Notes under the pieces: generated by a model
The model's input: only the letters and a program-made list of their open reading frames with translations
What the model was told of the DNA's origin: nothing
Databases searched by the model: none
Translations under genes and position numbers: made by a program
Assembly (NCBI GenBank): GCA_000092065.1
Contig: CP000587.1
Strand: one strand, 5' to 3'
From: Ostreococcus lucimarinus
Taxonomy: Eukaryota
Length of the DNA stretch: 64,000 nt
Part shown: positions 19,331-30,512 of the stretch, piece by piece
How positions within the stretch are numbered: position 1 is the stretch's first letter
How the letters are laid out: every line of letters begins with the position of its first letter

Positions 19331-21794
19331 ATGCGCTCCGTGCAGCTCGGCACGCACGCGCATAACGCCCTGCTCGGCGTCACAAGCGCGGGCGACGGTC
19401 GATGCGTGAGCACCGTAGCAAAAGACGGCGTCGTGACGTACGACGTCGAGGAAGAGGTAAAAGAGCGTTCACGCAATCGACGCGAAATATATGACAATAT
19501 TTGACGCACGCGTTGCGTCGCGTGCGTGCGGACGACGTTGTGCGCGCGCCGATCGCTCGAAGTTTGCGACGTCGTAAAAGTGGCGGCTGAGGGCGAAGGG
19601 CGAGTCGAGCACGTCGCTCTCGAGGCGTTCAAACGAAGCAAACGCGATCGAATGGAGCGAGAACTGACGATGAAAACGTTTTTACGCTTCGCAGAAACGA
19701 GAGCGAACGTTGGCGCTCGATCGAGGGCGAAAGTTTGCTTGCGCGGTGGCGTGTGGGTCGAATGGCAGGTATTACGCGTGTTTGGAGAAGGAACAAGAAA
19801 GTGATTCATCGTATTTGTGCGCGTGGGAGACGGAGCAAAGCGCAAACGCGGCGACGGTTGGTGAAGCATCGAAAGAGTGCGTCACAACTCTCGATTTAGG
19901 ACGCAGTGGTCGAGTGCGTGAGTTGGTGGCGGTGGACGGCGGCGCTCTCGTGGTGACGACAACGGGGGAGGTCCAACTCTTCGGGATGTCGGCGGAACAC
20001 ATTGACAAAGCGCGCACGAGTGGAGAGTTAGGCTCTCGACGAGTAGAGACGGCGTCGGTTTTACCTGAATCAGTTGGTGCACTCGTAGTGACGACGGATG
20101 GTAACTTTCAGGGTCGCAAAATAGCCACATTTCTTGCCCGCGCGCAAACCGTGACATTGGCTTGGGAGCTGGACATCGAGCACCCGGACGGCGCGGCAAA
20201 AGCCAGAGTGGCGAGCGCGGCAAGTGATGGGGAGACTTTCATGGTATTATGGGACGATGGCGTCTGGGCCCTGCACGACGCGAGCGATGGGTCTCTCAAG
20301 CACAAGCTGCGACTCGACGGGCTCGATGTGCATTGTGATGAAGCCACATCTGGGAAGCGGAGTAAGAAGAGCGAAGATACCTCACCGTTAGCAAGTGCGG
20401 CGTCTTTGTGCCTTTCTCAGGATTATTACGCCGTCGTGGCGAACTCGAAGGAAGAAAATACCGTGGTAGTGGCCGTTTTTGATTCGCGTTACGGCGCCGT
20501 GCACTTGGCGGAGGACGTTAGCCGAGGCTTAGAACACAAAGTTGGCCGAACGTCCGGGGTGAGCCTCGCCGCAACTTCGGGTAATCTGATCGTTGGTCTT
20601 TCTGATCAAGTGGTTTCGGTACAGTTCGATCTTCCTGAACTCTCTTTAGCTTCGCTCGTGGGATCGCTCAGCATACACTCGCAACCGGAGGCGAGCGCAG
20701 CGGCAATTCGAGTTTTGGGTGCGGAGACAGCATCTACGGCACTCGTACCGCCGCAACACGCGGCTGTGACACCTGGCTGGAAACTAGAGGAGTTAAAACT
20801 TGATGGCCAAGGAGTCGTCAGTTTGAGCAATGTCTGGGACGACGACGACGCACAGACCAGGGAGAAGAAGGTCCGGTCGACTGCTGAAGCTTTGGCGAGC
20901 GGTAGCAAAAAGGCGGGCTCATCGTTACAGACTCTGATGAAATCCCTTCCGATTCCGCAAATTCTCATAGAAAGTGCCATTAGTGGTGGTTTAAATCATC
21001 GAGTGTGGGATTCAGTGACACTTTTGCTCGCCGGTGGACACATTCGTGGCTCTTCGACGGCGAGACAATTAGTGACGGCGCTTCTTGAGGAAGACATGCT
21101 TGACGAAGTCAAGGACTTCTTAGTGTACGCCAAGGACGTTTCTGCTGAAGATATCGTTGCGATTTTACACTCTGCAATGATGCGAGACGAAGACGACCCT
21201 GGGTTGAAGAAGCGCGCTTCAGCGAACAAAAAGCTCGCAGAAAAGGTACTCGACGAAGCAGAGGCATGCGCGTCTGATGAAAAGTTCAATGGCGAAGCTA
21301 AACAAAAGCTGTTTGCCAGAGCTCAACTCTTAGTGAGTGCGTACGATAGTTTTGCACCATGGGCACAACAACTTCATCCCCTCATCGCTCGTCCGTTGGA
21401 TCCAACGATGGGTATGCTAGTGTTGCGTGATCTCTCCAAGCAAGACGCGGTTTCGCTACTTCAGTATTTGCTCGTCTGGGCTAACTTTTACGCTTCATCG
21501 GGCGGCTATTTCGCCCGGATCAACACTCTAGTCGAACCTGGGATTCCCAGCGCGCACGCGGTCGTGACGTGGACGTCCGCGTTGCTCGACGCGCAGTTCA
21601 CGACGTTTTGTCTCTCAGACGACGTCGCCGAACCCGTGCGCGCGCTGCGAGAGTCTTCGAGCCAAATGCTCGATATGATGCGCTCTTTAGCCGCCCTCGG
21701 AGGTGCGTTCAGACACGTCGGCGAGAACTCTCCGCTTCCCGAACAACACGGCGTACAGTCCACGACGTACACCGTAGAGAGCGTGGCTTGGTAA
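19331..21794 (+). CDS. Two-exon gene join(19331..19456,19695..21794) encoding a beta-propeller-like N-terminus plus a helical C-terminus (about 740 aa). Possibly nucleolar, but identity is uncertain.
   Basis: The track ORF starts at a TTG (19710). An upstream exon, ATG19331-MRSVQLGTHAHNALLGVTSAGDGRCVSTVAKDGVVTYDVEEE, ends at a GTAAAAG donor. The acceptor CAG at 19692-19694 restores the frame. GAACTGACG lies 26 nt upstream of the AG. Confidence 0.5.
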
Positions 21795-21839
21795 CTAAAA
21801 ACGTCGCGTTCACGTTGTTACAAATCGTCCAAAGCGCAC

Positions 21840-22097
21840 TCACTTCTTCGAACCGAACCATCTACTCTTTTTCTTCGCCTCTCGCGCCTTCCTCGCCTCC
21901 TCCGTCGCCTTTCTGTACCTCGCCGCGGTGTCTCCCTGTCGCATCAGCTTCTTCCCCTGTTGAAACCGTTCCTCGCGCGCGCGCTCCTTTTGCCATTGGT
22001 CCAGCGCGCCGAGCTGTCCACCGTACGCCGCGAGTCCGCCGGCGGCGAGAACGGCGACGCCCCACGCCGCCGCGCCGCCGTTTCGCACGCCGAGCAT
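21840..22097 (-). CDS. Small protein (85 aa) with an N-terminal Gly/Ala-rich hydrophobic helix and a Lys/Arg-rich tail. Function unknown.
   Basis: Genuine ATG at 22097. Fits exactly between converging and diverging neighbours. Sequence: MLGVRNGGAAAWGVAVLAAGGLAAYGG...KAREAKKKSRWFGSKK. Confidence 0.4.
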   Translation of the reverse strand: MLGVRNGGAAAWGVAVLAAGGLAAYGGQLGALDQWQKERAREERFQQGKKLMRQGDTAARYRKATEEARKAREAKKKSRWFGSKK

Positions 22098-22263
22098 CGC
22101 GACGCGCGCGCGTCGGCGAGTGTCGTCCCGCGTCGCCGGTGTCTCGGCGACGACGACGGACGACGGACGACGTCAACCCTAGGCCGAGGCTGAAATCGAC
22201 GAGGTCGGCGCGCGTCGAGCGACGCGCGATACACGAGGACGCGCGCGCGCGCGACGGACGCAG

Positions 22264-24513
22264 ATGCGCTCGAAACGCGCCCTGGATGCGCTTCGCGCGC
22301 TGCGACGCGCCGCACCGCGAGACGTCGACGCGCGATGGCGAGCGATGACGCTCGCGACCGCACCGCGAGGCGGCGGCGCGATGACGCAGCGCGAGCGCGC
22401 GAGCGATGCGATGGGACGACGGACGTACGCGAGCGAGTCAGCAGAAGCGTTGCGAAGAAATATTGGAATCTCGGCGCACATCGATAGCGGGAAGACGACG
22501 CTCACGGAACGCATCTTGTTTTACACGGGGAGGATCAACGCGATTCACGAGGTGCGCGGGAAGGATGGCGTGGGGGCGAAGATGGACTCCATGGAGCTCG
22601 AACGTGAGAAAGGTATCACGATTCAATCCGCGGCGACGTATTGTCGATGGAAGGAGAGCGATATTAACATCATCGATACCCCAGGGCACGTGGACTTTAC
22701 CATCGAAGTCGAACGCGCGCTGCGCGTGCTGGACGGCGCGGTGCTCGTTCTGTGCTCGGTGGGTGGTGTGCAGTCGCAATCGATCACGGTGGATAGACAG
22801 ATGCGGCGATACAACGTGCCGAGATTGTGCTTCGTGAACAAGTGCGATCGCGCGGGGGCGAATCCGTGGAAGGTTCTCGCGCAGGCGCGCGACAAACTGA
22901 AGCTCAACGCGGCGGCGGTGCAAATTCCAATCGGATTAGAAGACGAGCACGAGGGTGTCGTTGACTTAGTGCGAATGCAATCTGTTGTGTTTTCCGGTGA
23001 AAACGGGCAGACGCTGACAGTGGGTGAAATTCCGGCGAATTTGAAGGAACTCGCCGATGAGAAGCGCAAAGTTCTCATCGAGTGCGTTTCCGAAGTCGAC
23101 GAAGAATTGGGAGACTTGTTTTTGATGGGTGAAGAGCCAACGACGGAGCAACTGTTGGCGGCGATCAGAAGGGCGACAATCGCAAATACGTTTTCTCCGT
23201 TGTTCATGGGCAGTGCGTACAAGAACCGCGGCGTTCAGCTTCTTTTAGACGGCGTCGTGGACTATCTCCCAGCGCCGTCGGAGGTGCAAAACGTCGCTTT
23301 AGATTTGAAGAACGAAGAAGCACCGGTCGTTTTGTCCAACGACCCATCGAAGCCGCTCGTTTCTTTGGCATTCAAACTCGAGGAGGGTAAATTCGGGCAA
23401 CTCACGTATTTGCGCGTGTACCAAGGCCAAATTGATAAGGGCATGACCATCGTCAACACGTCGACTGGGAAGAAGCTCAAAGTTCCTCGACTCGTGCGAA
23501 TGCATAGTGATGACATGGAAGACGTGAACTCCGCTCCAAACGGTGACATCGTCGCACTTTTTGGTGTTGAGTGTAAGAGCGGTGACACATTTACGGATGG
23601 CAGTGTGAACTACGCGATGACTTCGATGAAGGTTCCTGACCCCGTCATGTCTCTCGCAGTGAGTCCGAAGAGTAAAGCCGAAAGCGGCAACTTTAGCAAG
23701 GCCCTGCAGCGCTTTCAAAAGGAAGACCCCACGTTCCGCGTGCACATGGACGAAGAAAGTGGGCAGACTATCATTAGTGGTATGGGTGAGTTACATCTCG
23801 ACATTTATGTCGAGCGAATGCGGCGAGAGTACAAGGTTGACTGTGAAGTCGGTCAGCCGCGCGTAAACTACCGAGAAGCCATCACAAAACGAGCCGAGTT
23901 TGATTACTTGCATAAAAAGCAATCTGGTGGACAAGGTCAATACGGTAAGGTTGTTGGATATATCGAGCCATTAGAAAATACCACCGAAGTCATCTTTGAG
24001 AACGGCATCATTGGTAACGCCATCGCCCCTTCGTTTATTCAAGCCGTGGAAAAGGGTTTCAAAGAGGCTGCGCTCAACGGTGGCTTGGTCGGTTATCCCG
24101 TTGAGGGCATTAAAATTGTGCTGACGGACGGTGCTTCGCACGCTGTTGATTCGTCTGAGTTGGCTTTCAAACTCGCCGCGCTCGCGGCGTTCCGACAATC
24201 GTTTCACAACGCGTCGCCGAAACTCTTGGAACCCATCATGAAGGTGGACATCACTGTCCCTTCTGAATTTCAAGGTACGGTCATCGGTAACATTAACCGA
24301 CGTAAAGGGACGATTAACGACTCTACGGCGGAAGGTGATGACGTGATAATTAGTTCGATGGTCCCTCTGAGCCAGATGTTTGGTTACAGCACCGAGTTGA
24401 GAAGCATGACGCAAGGCAAGGGAGAGTTTACGATGGAGTACGGCTCTCACCAGGCTGTGACGCAGGACGTGCAAGCTGAGTTGATCTCCACGTTGGGCAA
24501 AGTAAAAAATTGA
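22264..24513 (+). CDS. EFG1: Mitochondrial translation elongation factor G1 (EF-G1)
   Basis: [67 protein letters not shown] and NKCDR match mitochondrial EF-G1 (GFM1) along the full length. Arg-rich presequence. Confidence 0.9.
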   Translation: MRSKRALDALRALRRAAPRDVDARWRAMTLATAPRGGGAMTQRERASDAMGRRTYASESAEALRRNIGISAHIDSGKTTLTERILFYTGRINAIHEVRGKDGVGAKMDSMELEREKGITIQSAATYCRWKESDINIIDTPGHVDFTIEVERALRVLDGAVLVLCSVGGVQSQSITVDRQMRRYNVPRLCFVNKCDRAGANPWKVLAQARDKLKLNAAAVQIPIGLEDEHEGVVDLVRMQSVVFSGENGQTLTVGEIPANLKELADEKRKVLIECVSEVDEELGDLFLMGEEPTTEQLLAAIRRATIANTFSPLFMGSAYKNRGVQLLLDGVVDYLPAPSEVQNVALDLKNEEAPVVLSNDPSKPLVSLAFKLEEGKFGQLTYLRVYQGQIDKGMTIVNTSTGKKLKVPRLVRMHSDDMEDVNSAPNGDIVALFGVECKSGDTFTDGSVNYAMTSMKVPDPVMSLAVSPKSKAESGNFSKALQRFQKEDPTFRVHMDEESGQTIISGMGELHLDIYVERMRREYKVDCEVGQPRVNYREAITKRAEFDYLHKKQSGGQGQYGKVVGYIEPLENTTEVIFENGIIGNAIAPSFIQAVEKGFKEAALNGGLVGYPVEGIKIVLTDGASHAVDSSELAFKLAALAAFRQSFHNASPKLLEPIMKVDITVPSEFQGTVIGNINRRKGTINDSTAEGDDVIISSMVPLSQMFGYSTELRSMTQGKGEFTMEYGSHQAVTQDVQAELISTLGKVKN

Positions 24514-24549
24514 TAGCTGTCGCTGCTTAAATAACTAACAGTAGTTCTA

Positions 24550-25332
24550 CTATTTTTTAAATTCGAAGTGTCCGCTTTGCGTTAACAAGACGTGCAATTC
24601 ATTCATGTCCGCGCACACGAAATGTGGCACCATCTGCTCGGGAACTTTATCCACACCGAATTCCTCCGCCCATTTCCCCGTACGTCCGCTATCCAAGAGC
24701 ACAGTCAGCGCTCCCGCGGCGTTCCCACTCACTACGTCGTCTTTTGCGCTGTCACCCACCATGATAATCTCGCTCGGCGAGCACCCCCATAACTCGCAAA
24801 TGTGCAGCAACGAATCCGGCGCCGGTTTGTACGGCTTGAACTCCCGACTCAACCACGGTGAAAACGGCGCCATCGTCCACACGGTGTCGTGAAAAAACTC
24901 CACCGAGCTCGCCGCGTTCCGCGTCACCAACGCTCGCGGGATTCCCATCCCGTCCAGCGTCGCCGCCACCTCCATCGCTCCCGGCGCGATGACCGTCGTC
25001 TTCAGCGCCTCTCTCTCCATCTCTCCGATGATCTCGTACGCCTTCGTCCGTCGCGCCTCGTTCCACGAGTCGACTTCACCTAAAATATCACTCGTTTCGC
25101 ACCCGACTCTGCGTCGCATCTCCGTGAAGTCCAGCGCCGCGCTGACGCACAGCGTTCCATCCATGTCGAACACGACACCGCGCACGAGGCGTCGCGACGT
25201 CGACGTCGACGTGGGACTCGTCGCGGGAGACATGGCGCGCGTCGTGTGCGTCGCGCGCGGTGCGCGCGAGTGGGATTTTTCACGAGCGATGCGGTGACAC
25301 GCCGTCGACGCTCGAGCGATGCGACGAAGCAT
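24550..25332 (-). CDS. HAD-superfamily hydrolase with an organelle-presequence-like N-terminus
   Basis: HAD motif I GVVFDMDGTLCVS and motif IV MVGDSAKDDVVSGNAAGA. ATG at 25332. Confidence 0.65.
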   Translation of the reverse strand: MLRRIARASTACHRIAREKSHSRAPRATHTTRAMSPATSPTSTSTSRRLVRGVVFDMDGTLCVSAALDFTEMRRRVGCETSDILGEVDSWNEARRTKAYEIIGEMEREALKTTVIAPGAMEVAATLDGMGIPRALVTRNAASSVEFFHDTVWTMAPFSPWLSREFKPYKPAPDSLLHICELWGCSPSEIIMVGDSAKDDVVSGNAAGALTVLLDSGRTGKWAEEFGVDKVPEQMVPHFVCADMNELHVLLTQSGHFEFKK

Positions 25333-25480
25333 GAACGACGACGAGTGGCGCGGCGTGGGGGCGTGGTCGTTTTAACGTTTGCGCGTCAACACGAGTTTCT
25401 GACTGTTTGCGTTTCAACGTATAAGATCTCTGTCGTCCGTGCGTCGAGCGTTGAGATGAGATGAAAAGCGGTGCGATGTA

Positions 25481-26791
25481 TTAGTCGCTGTCCTCGTCCT
25501 CGCTCTCGTCGAGCCAGTCGATGAACTTGGCGGCTTGCTTGCGAACGGCTTGGGCGACTTTGGGCTCGACGTCGATGCACGAGGCGGCGTCCACGTCTTC
25601 ATTCCAAGCCTTGATGACGTCTTCTTCGATGAGATCGAACTCGTAGAGCTGATTGAGAATAAGAGAGAACGCCTTAAAACCAGAAGTGGCGGTTTCGGTG
25701 ACGTAACGTTCGAAGGCGCACAAGAGCGCGCGTTGAAGCGCAGCATCCGGGCACGCGGCGCTCAAGTAATCCTTCTTCGCTTTGATTTGCGGAGGAATGG
25801 CCTCGTCTTCGTCAAAAACGGCTTCGAGGAGGAACAAGACGCCCATTTCCTTGGATTCGACGCCAAGGGCATCAGAGACGAGATATTCGGCCGTTTTCAC
25901 GGCGTCATTTTTCGCCGCGTACGCGCGAAGCTTGGACACTCGAGGATCCTCCTCTTCTTCCGAGCTCTCGTCCTCGATGGCGGCGTCCGCCATCTTATCC
26001 GCGACCACGGTGACCATGTTCGCCGCGCCGTCAGTAAGCTGTTCGATTGCTCGCGCTTTCGCGGCGGCGGCAGAAGTATCAGTCGCCCACTGGACTTCGT
26101 CATCGTCGTCGTCGTCGGCTTCAGAGGCGGAGGAAGCGTCGCCCGCCTCGGCGGGCGCGTCGTCGGTTTTTTCCTTCTTCTCCTTCTTCTCCTTCTTCTC
26201 TTTCTTCTCTTTCTTCTCTTTCTTCTCTTTCTTTTCCTTCTTTTCAGACTTACGTCGTCGACGTTCTTCGTCATCGATCGCTGCACCAGCCTCTTCGCGT
26301 TCGCGTTCGGCGCGGCGCAGTTGCTTTTCCTTTTTGTCCTTTTTAATTTCCGGAGGATTCTTGCAAATGTAACCACACAGCTTGTGTCGCATATCGACGT
26401 CGGAAAGCGCCCCGCACGCCTTACATTTCAAGTGAATCGTCTCTCGCTTGGTAATCTCAATCATCGTCTCCGGATTACCGCACGAAAAGCACTGCACGAA
26501 ACGTTTGATGAAACTCTCCAAACTCTGCGCGAGCTTCCCCGCGTCGTGCGCCCCGTTCACGATCGCGCGTCCTTCCTTTTCGTTAAAAGTCGTCTGCGCC
26601 CCGAGATCGTTCCCTAAAAACTTCAACGTGTACATCGGCGGTCGCGCCAACGCCTTGGACACCTCCACGAGGTTCGTCACGTTTGTCTTGATCCCGTTCC
26701 CGCGCCCCTCGATTTTAGACTGAATGGCTGGCATTTTATACCGATAAAACTGGTCCCCGGCGTTGGACGCCCCGATGTTTATCATCGCCAT
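25481..26791 (-). CDS. EIF5: Eukaryotic translation initiation factor 5 (eIF5), with Zn-ribbon and W2 domains
   Basis: N-terminus DQFYRYKMPAIQSKIEGRGNGIKTNVTNLVEVSKALARPP...CFSCGNPET...CKACG is eIF5. A long (KEK/EKK)n charged linker is encoded by TTCTCCTTCTTC-type repeats at about 26170-26250. Confidence 0.9.
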   Translation of the reverse strand: MAMINIGASNAGDQFYRYKMPAIQSKIEGRGNGIKTNVTNLVEVSKALARPPMYTLKFLGNDLGAQTTFNEKEGRAIVNGAHDAGKLAQSLESFIKRFVQCFSCGNPETMIEITKRETIHLKCKACGALSDVDMRHKLCGYICKNPPEIKKDKKEKQLRRAEREREEAGAAIDDEERRRRKSEKKEKKEKKEKKEKKEKKEKKEKKEKTDDAPAEAGDASSASEADDDDDDEVQWATDTSAAAAKARAIEQLTDGAANMVTVVADKMADAAIEDESSEEEEDPRVSKLRAYAAKNDAVKTAEYLVSDALGVESKEMGVLFLLEAVFDEDEAIPPQIKAKKDYLSAACPDAALQRALLCAFERYVTETATSGFKAFSLILNQLYEFDLIEEDVIKAWNEDVDAASCIDVEPKVAQAVRKQAAKFIDWLDESEDEDSD

Positions 26792-27059
26792 CGCGCCTCA
26801 CCTCTCGCGCTTCCGCGTCGCTCGTCCCGTTCGCGCCCCTCGCTCGTCTCTCGCGGCGCGTTCCGTCGTCGCTCGCCGACGCCCCCGCGCGCCGCCCTTC
26901 GTCCTTCGCCAGCCGTCGTCGCCGGTCGCCTCTCTTCTCGGCGTCGCGTGCGTCTCGCTCGCGCATGCACGTCTCGGTTCGCGTCGCGTTCGTCCTCGTC
27001 CGTGGCCTCGCGAGTCGTCACATGCACGTCTTCGTCGACGCGTCGCGGTGTCGCGATCG

Positions 27060-28631
27060 ATGCGATTCGATCGCATCGCTCGATCGCGGCGGCGATTCGG
27101 TGGATTCGGTGTGATTCGCACTTCGCGGCGCGCGACGACGACCATGGGCGCGCGAGATGGGCTGCGACACGCGCAGTTCAAACCTATGAAACGCGCCATG
27201 GACGGCGCGTTCGGCGATCGAGAGCACGGCGCGGCGGCGAACGTCGAGGGGACGACGCGCGCGCACGCGAGCGACGGATCGAGCTTCGTCATGACGCAGC
27301 CGAGCGGACTGGCGCGGTCGCAGCAGGTGTTCCTGGCGCAAAAGTTTTTAAATCTGCCGGCGATGCCGAGCTACGTCGAGAGCGAGGGAGGGATGGTGCT
27401 CGATCGAGTGGTGCTGAACGCGGGACGGGGGAATTGGTGGACGACGCTCACGGCGCGCGCGCGAGCGCAACGCGCGTGGAACACGGAACAAGTGCAAGAG
27501 GGGAAGGCGCATCGAGCGCTGTTGGATCCATCGATGTACGCGTTGGGAGGGAGGTTCAGGGCAAACGCGTTGGAGAACGTGGCGGTGAAAGCGATCGGGG
27601 AGTTGGGGTCGGTGAAGGGCGTCACGCGCGCGTTTGCGAAAAAGTTCAAGCTGAGCGACGAGAAGGACGACGACGCCGAGGCGGCGTTGAATCCACGCGG
27701 CAGGGTCTCCGTGCAAGCGAAACTTCCGTCGCATTTACTCAGTGTGGATTTGTCGCACAATGAGAGGTACCAAACGGACGATAGGTACGTGGACGGTCCC
27801 ACGTCGGCGTCGGTGAGCGTGTCCTCGCGCGGTCGTCGAGCGATCAACTACCGCGTGAGCGCGCGCAAGTGGTTGGGGGACTTGGTACCGTTCGATAGGA
27901 AGCACGGAGGAGGGATGCGAACGCCGCCGAGGAAAGAATTACAAGCTGGTGTGTCGTACGAGCAACAAGCGGTGTTATGGCGCGGTCGTCGACGCCGCAA
28001 ACCGAAATCATCGAGCGCGGTGAGCGGGTACACCGCGCTGCCGCAAGTGCCGACGATTACGGTGGGGGGAATTTACGGGGCGGTCGTGCGGAAGAGTTTA
28101 GATGATGATTACAAAGATGGCGAGCAAACTGAACTGCAAAATTTCGGCTCGTTATCTGTGAATGCACAAGTTGGGTCTTTCGCACGTCCTTTGCTCGATT
28201 TCACGTCGATCAATCTGCGACTCGACGCGGGCGGTATGGGAACGCCCAACAAGCCGCTCGACGCGGCGGCTCAAACACCACTGCCTCTGGCGGATCGTTT
28301 GATCACCATGGGGGGTCGATTGAAAGCAAATCCGGTTTCAGTGACGCTAAGTCTTGGACAGCAACTTCTCGGTCCGCTGCGATTCAGAGCCGAAGTGCGC
28401 GCCAGCGGCGCGGAGGCTTTGTCCGCCACGCGCGCGGGCCTCTCCGCGCTCAAGGAACGAAAGACCATGACGGAGGTTCGCGAGTCCATTCAAAAGCAAA
28501 TCGTGAAGCCAGAAGTTGTGTACGGCTTAGATTGTGCATTACCTCCAACGATCGGTAGTGCGCGCGTCGTAGCGTGGTACAACGCGACGAGACAGGAAGC
28601 CATGGCGGAGCTCCGACTGTTCGACTTGTAG
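27060..28631 (+). CDS. TGD4-like (DUF3769/LptD-like) plastid outer-envelope beta-barrel lipid-trafficking protein. Assignment is tentative.
   Basis: C-terminal LSLGQQLLGPLRFRAEVR...ARVVAWYNATRQEAMAELRLFDL resembles my recollection of the Arabidopsis TGD4 C-terminus (…VSYSPKQNEFMVELRFFET). Terminal aromatic/Leu is beta-barrel-like. The track ORF start (26763) is TTG overlapping eIF5. ATGs at 27060 and 27144. Confidence 0.45.
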   Translation: MRFDRIARSRRRFGGFGVIRTSRRATTTMGARDGLRHAQFKPMKRAMDGAFGDREHGAAANVEGTTRAHASDGSSFVMTQPSGLARSQQVFLAQKFLNLPAMPSYVESEGGMVLDRVVLNAGRGNWWTTLTARARAQRAWNTEQVQEGKAHRALLDPSMYALGGRFRANALENVAVKAIGELGSVKGVTRAFAKKFKLSDEKDDDAEAALNPRGRVSVQAKLPSHLLSVDLSHNERYQTDDRYVDGPTSASVSVSSRGRRAINYRVSARKWLGDLVPFDRKHGGGMRTPPRKELQAGVSYEQQAVLWRGRRRRKPKSSSAVSGYTALPQVPTITVGGIYGAVVRKSLDDDYKDGEQTELQNFGSLSVNAQVGSFARPLLDFTSINLRLDAGGMGTPNKPLDAAAQTPLPLADRLITMGGRLKANPVSVTLSLGQQLLGPLRFRAEVRASGAEALSATRAGLSALKERKTMTEVRESIQKQIVKPEVVYGLDCALPPTIGSARVVAWYNATRQEAMAELRLFDL

Positions 28632-28695
28632 GAAAATATGTTTAGCAGCGCTGCAATGAATTAAAAGTGAATTCTAGTGTAACCAACAATCTCGT

Positions 28696-30090
28696 CTATC
28701 GCTTCGCGTCCTCTTCTTTCATGAGTTTATCTAAAGTGCTCATAAACTCAGGCACGCCCGTGCCTTCTTTCGCGCTTATGGGAAGAATTGCCACAGGCTG
28801 GTCGCCTATGGTTTCCTCGTCGAGCGCCTTGATGCCTTGAGTAATCTCATCCGTACGCAGGGCCGCCCACTCGAGGTCGGTTTTGTTCAGAACCAAGATG
28901 TGCGGTCTTTTGACGTACTCTGGGTTGTATAACTTCAACTCTTGACGCACCACGACGTAATCGCTCACCGGGTCTTGCCCCGAGGCGTCAACGACACAAA
29001 CCATTGAACGCGTGCGGCGCAAGTGTCGTAAAAACGCTCGACCAAGGCCCAAGCCCTTATGTGCACCCTCGATTAAACCTGGCAAATCAGCCATGACAGT
29101 CGATGACTCACCCGTCGGGGCGAGATCATCTTCGGTCTTAATCACCCCGAGATTCGGCATGAGTGTCGTAAAGGCGTAGTTGGCGATTTCCGGCGACGCC
29201 CGCGTGACGGCTTTCAACAGAGATGATTTCCCAACGTTAGGCAAACCAACCAAGCCACAATCGGCGACGACTCGCATCAATAACTCAATTGACAGCTCTT
29301 CGCCGTCCTCGCCCACCGTCGAAACCAACGAAGCGGTATCGATGGCGATGTCTGAAGCCTCAAAGTCTTCCTCCTTGCCGTTGCGCATTTTGCGATTCAC
29401 CTGACGCTGTTGTCTGCGCGCGGCTAATCCACCGCCCCCACCCTCGGCGACGAGTAAAGTCTGCCCGTGCTTGGTCATATCACCCAAGAGCTCGCCTGTG
29501 CGTTTGCGTCGGACCACCGTCCCCGGAGGCACTGGAATGTACATGTGTTCCTGATCCGGCGCCACGCGATGCCGCTCGCGGCCGCCGCTCGCGTGTTCCG
29601 CCGCGCTTCCGTGATACCCCTTCTTCGCTCGCCACGTCTTGCGTTCGTGTAAATGCAACAGCGAATCACACGTGCGATCGACTCGCAGGTACACGTTCCC
29701 TCCTCGTCCCCCATCCGCGGGTTCTGCCGCCGGTAACTCGATATACTTTTTCAAGTTGCGTCCCCACTGGTACTTGAAATTCTTGACCACTTTCGGTTTA
29801 GACGTCCCCGTCCACGACTCGCCCTCGCCGCCCTGCCCGCCGACGACGATGATTTGCGCCTCGTCAAAGTACAGGTGTTTCTCCTTCGCCGCGATCGTCG
29901 CGCCGCCGTCGCTCGGCCTCTTCCCCGCGCGCTTCGCCCCCTCCCCCCACGCCGCCTTGCCGCCGCCGCCTCGACGTCGCGGGACGTTGGACGCGGACGA
30001 TTTACCGCCGCCGGGCCCGCTCGCGGACGCGCGACGTCCGCTCGAGCTCGGTTCCGGTTTCGCCATCGCCACGCATCGCATCGCGCGCAT
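28696..30090 (-). CDS. OBG: Obg-family GTPase (organellar ObgC/ObgM-like)
   Basis: Obg fold GGRGGNVYLRVDRTCDSLL plus G-domain ADCGLVGLPNVGKSSLLKAV...DLPGLIEGAHKGLGLGRAFLRHLRRT. The track start (30273) is TTG. First ATG at 30090 (MRAMRCVAMA, presequence-like). Confidence 0.8.
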   Translation of the reverse strand: MRAMRCVAMAKPEPSSSGRRASASGPGGGKSSASNVPRRRGGGGKAAWGEGAKRAGKRPSDGGATIAAKEKHLYFDEAQIIVVGGQGGEGESWTGTSKPKVVKNFKYQWGRNLKKYIELPAAEPADGGRGGNVYLRVDRTCDSLLHLHERKTWRAKKGYHGSAAEHASGGRERHRVAPDQEHMYIPVPPGTVVRRKRTGELLGDMTKHGQTLLVAEGGGGGLAARRQQRQVNRKMRNGKEEDFEASDIAIDTASLVSTVGEDGEELSIELLMRVVADCGLVGLPNVGKSSLLKAVTRASPEIANYAFTTLMPNLGVIKTEDDLAPTGESSTVMADLPGLIEGAHKGLGLGRAFLRHLRRTRSMVCVVDASGQDPVSDYVVVRQELKLYNPEYVKRPHILVLNKTDLEWAALRTDEITQGIKALDEETIGDQPVAILPISAKEGTGVPEFMSTLDKLMKEEDAKR

Positions 30091-30512
30091 CGTCGTCGTC
30101 GTCGTCGCGCGTCGCGCGTCCACGTCGCGCGCGACGCGGCGAAGTGCGGCCGCGGACGCGACGACGCGAAAAAGCGAAAAAAGGGCGCGTCCACGGTTTT
30201 CGTTCGCAAACGTCGTATGTAGATCGTTCGCGACGCGAAGAGTCAGAGCGGGTTGACGCCTCGAAAGTAACAAGGTGTGGGGCGGTGGCCGACGTCTCCA
30301 TCATAATTTCGAAAAATTCAATGGTTAAAACCGTCTCATCATATGGATAAAACCGTGGAATCGCCTCCCGACGATTCCGGAAGAATCAATACCGGCGAAA
30401 CACGACGCGCGAGGCGTGATTGCGCGGCGAAAAAGGGTGAAAAACTTGGGCGTTACGGTTGAGGTCGAGTTACAACGAACGACGAACTTCTAAAGACTAA
30501 TGCGCGCGTCGT

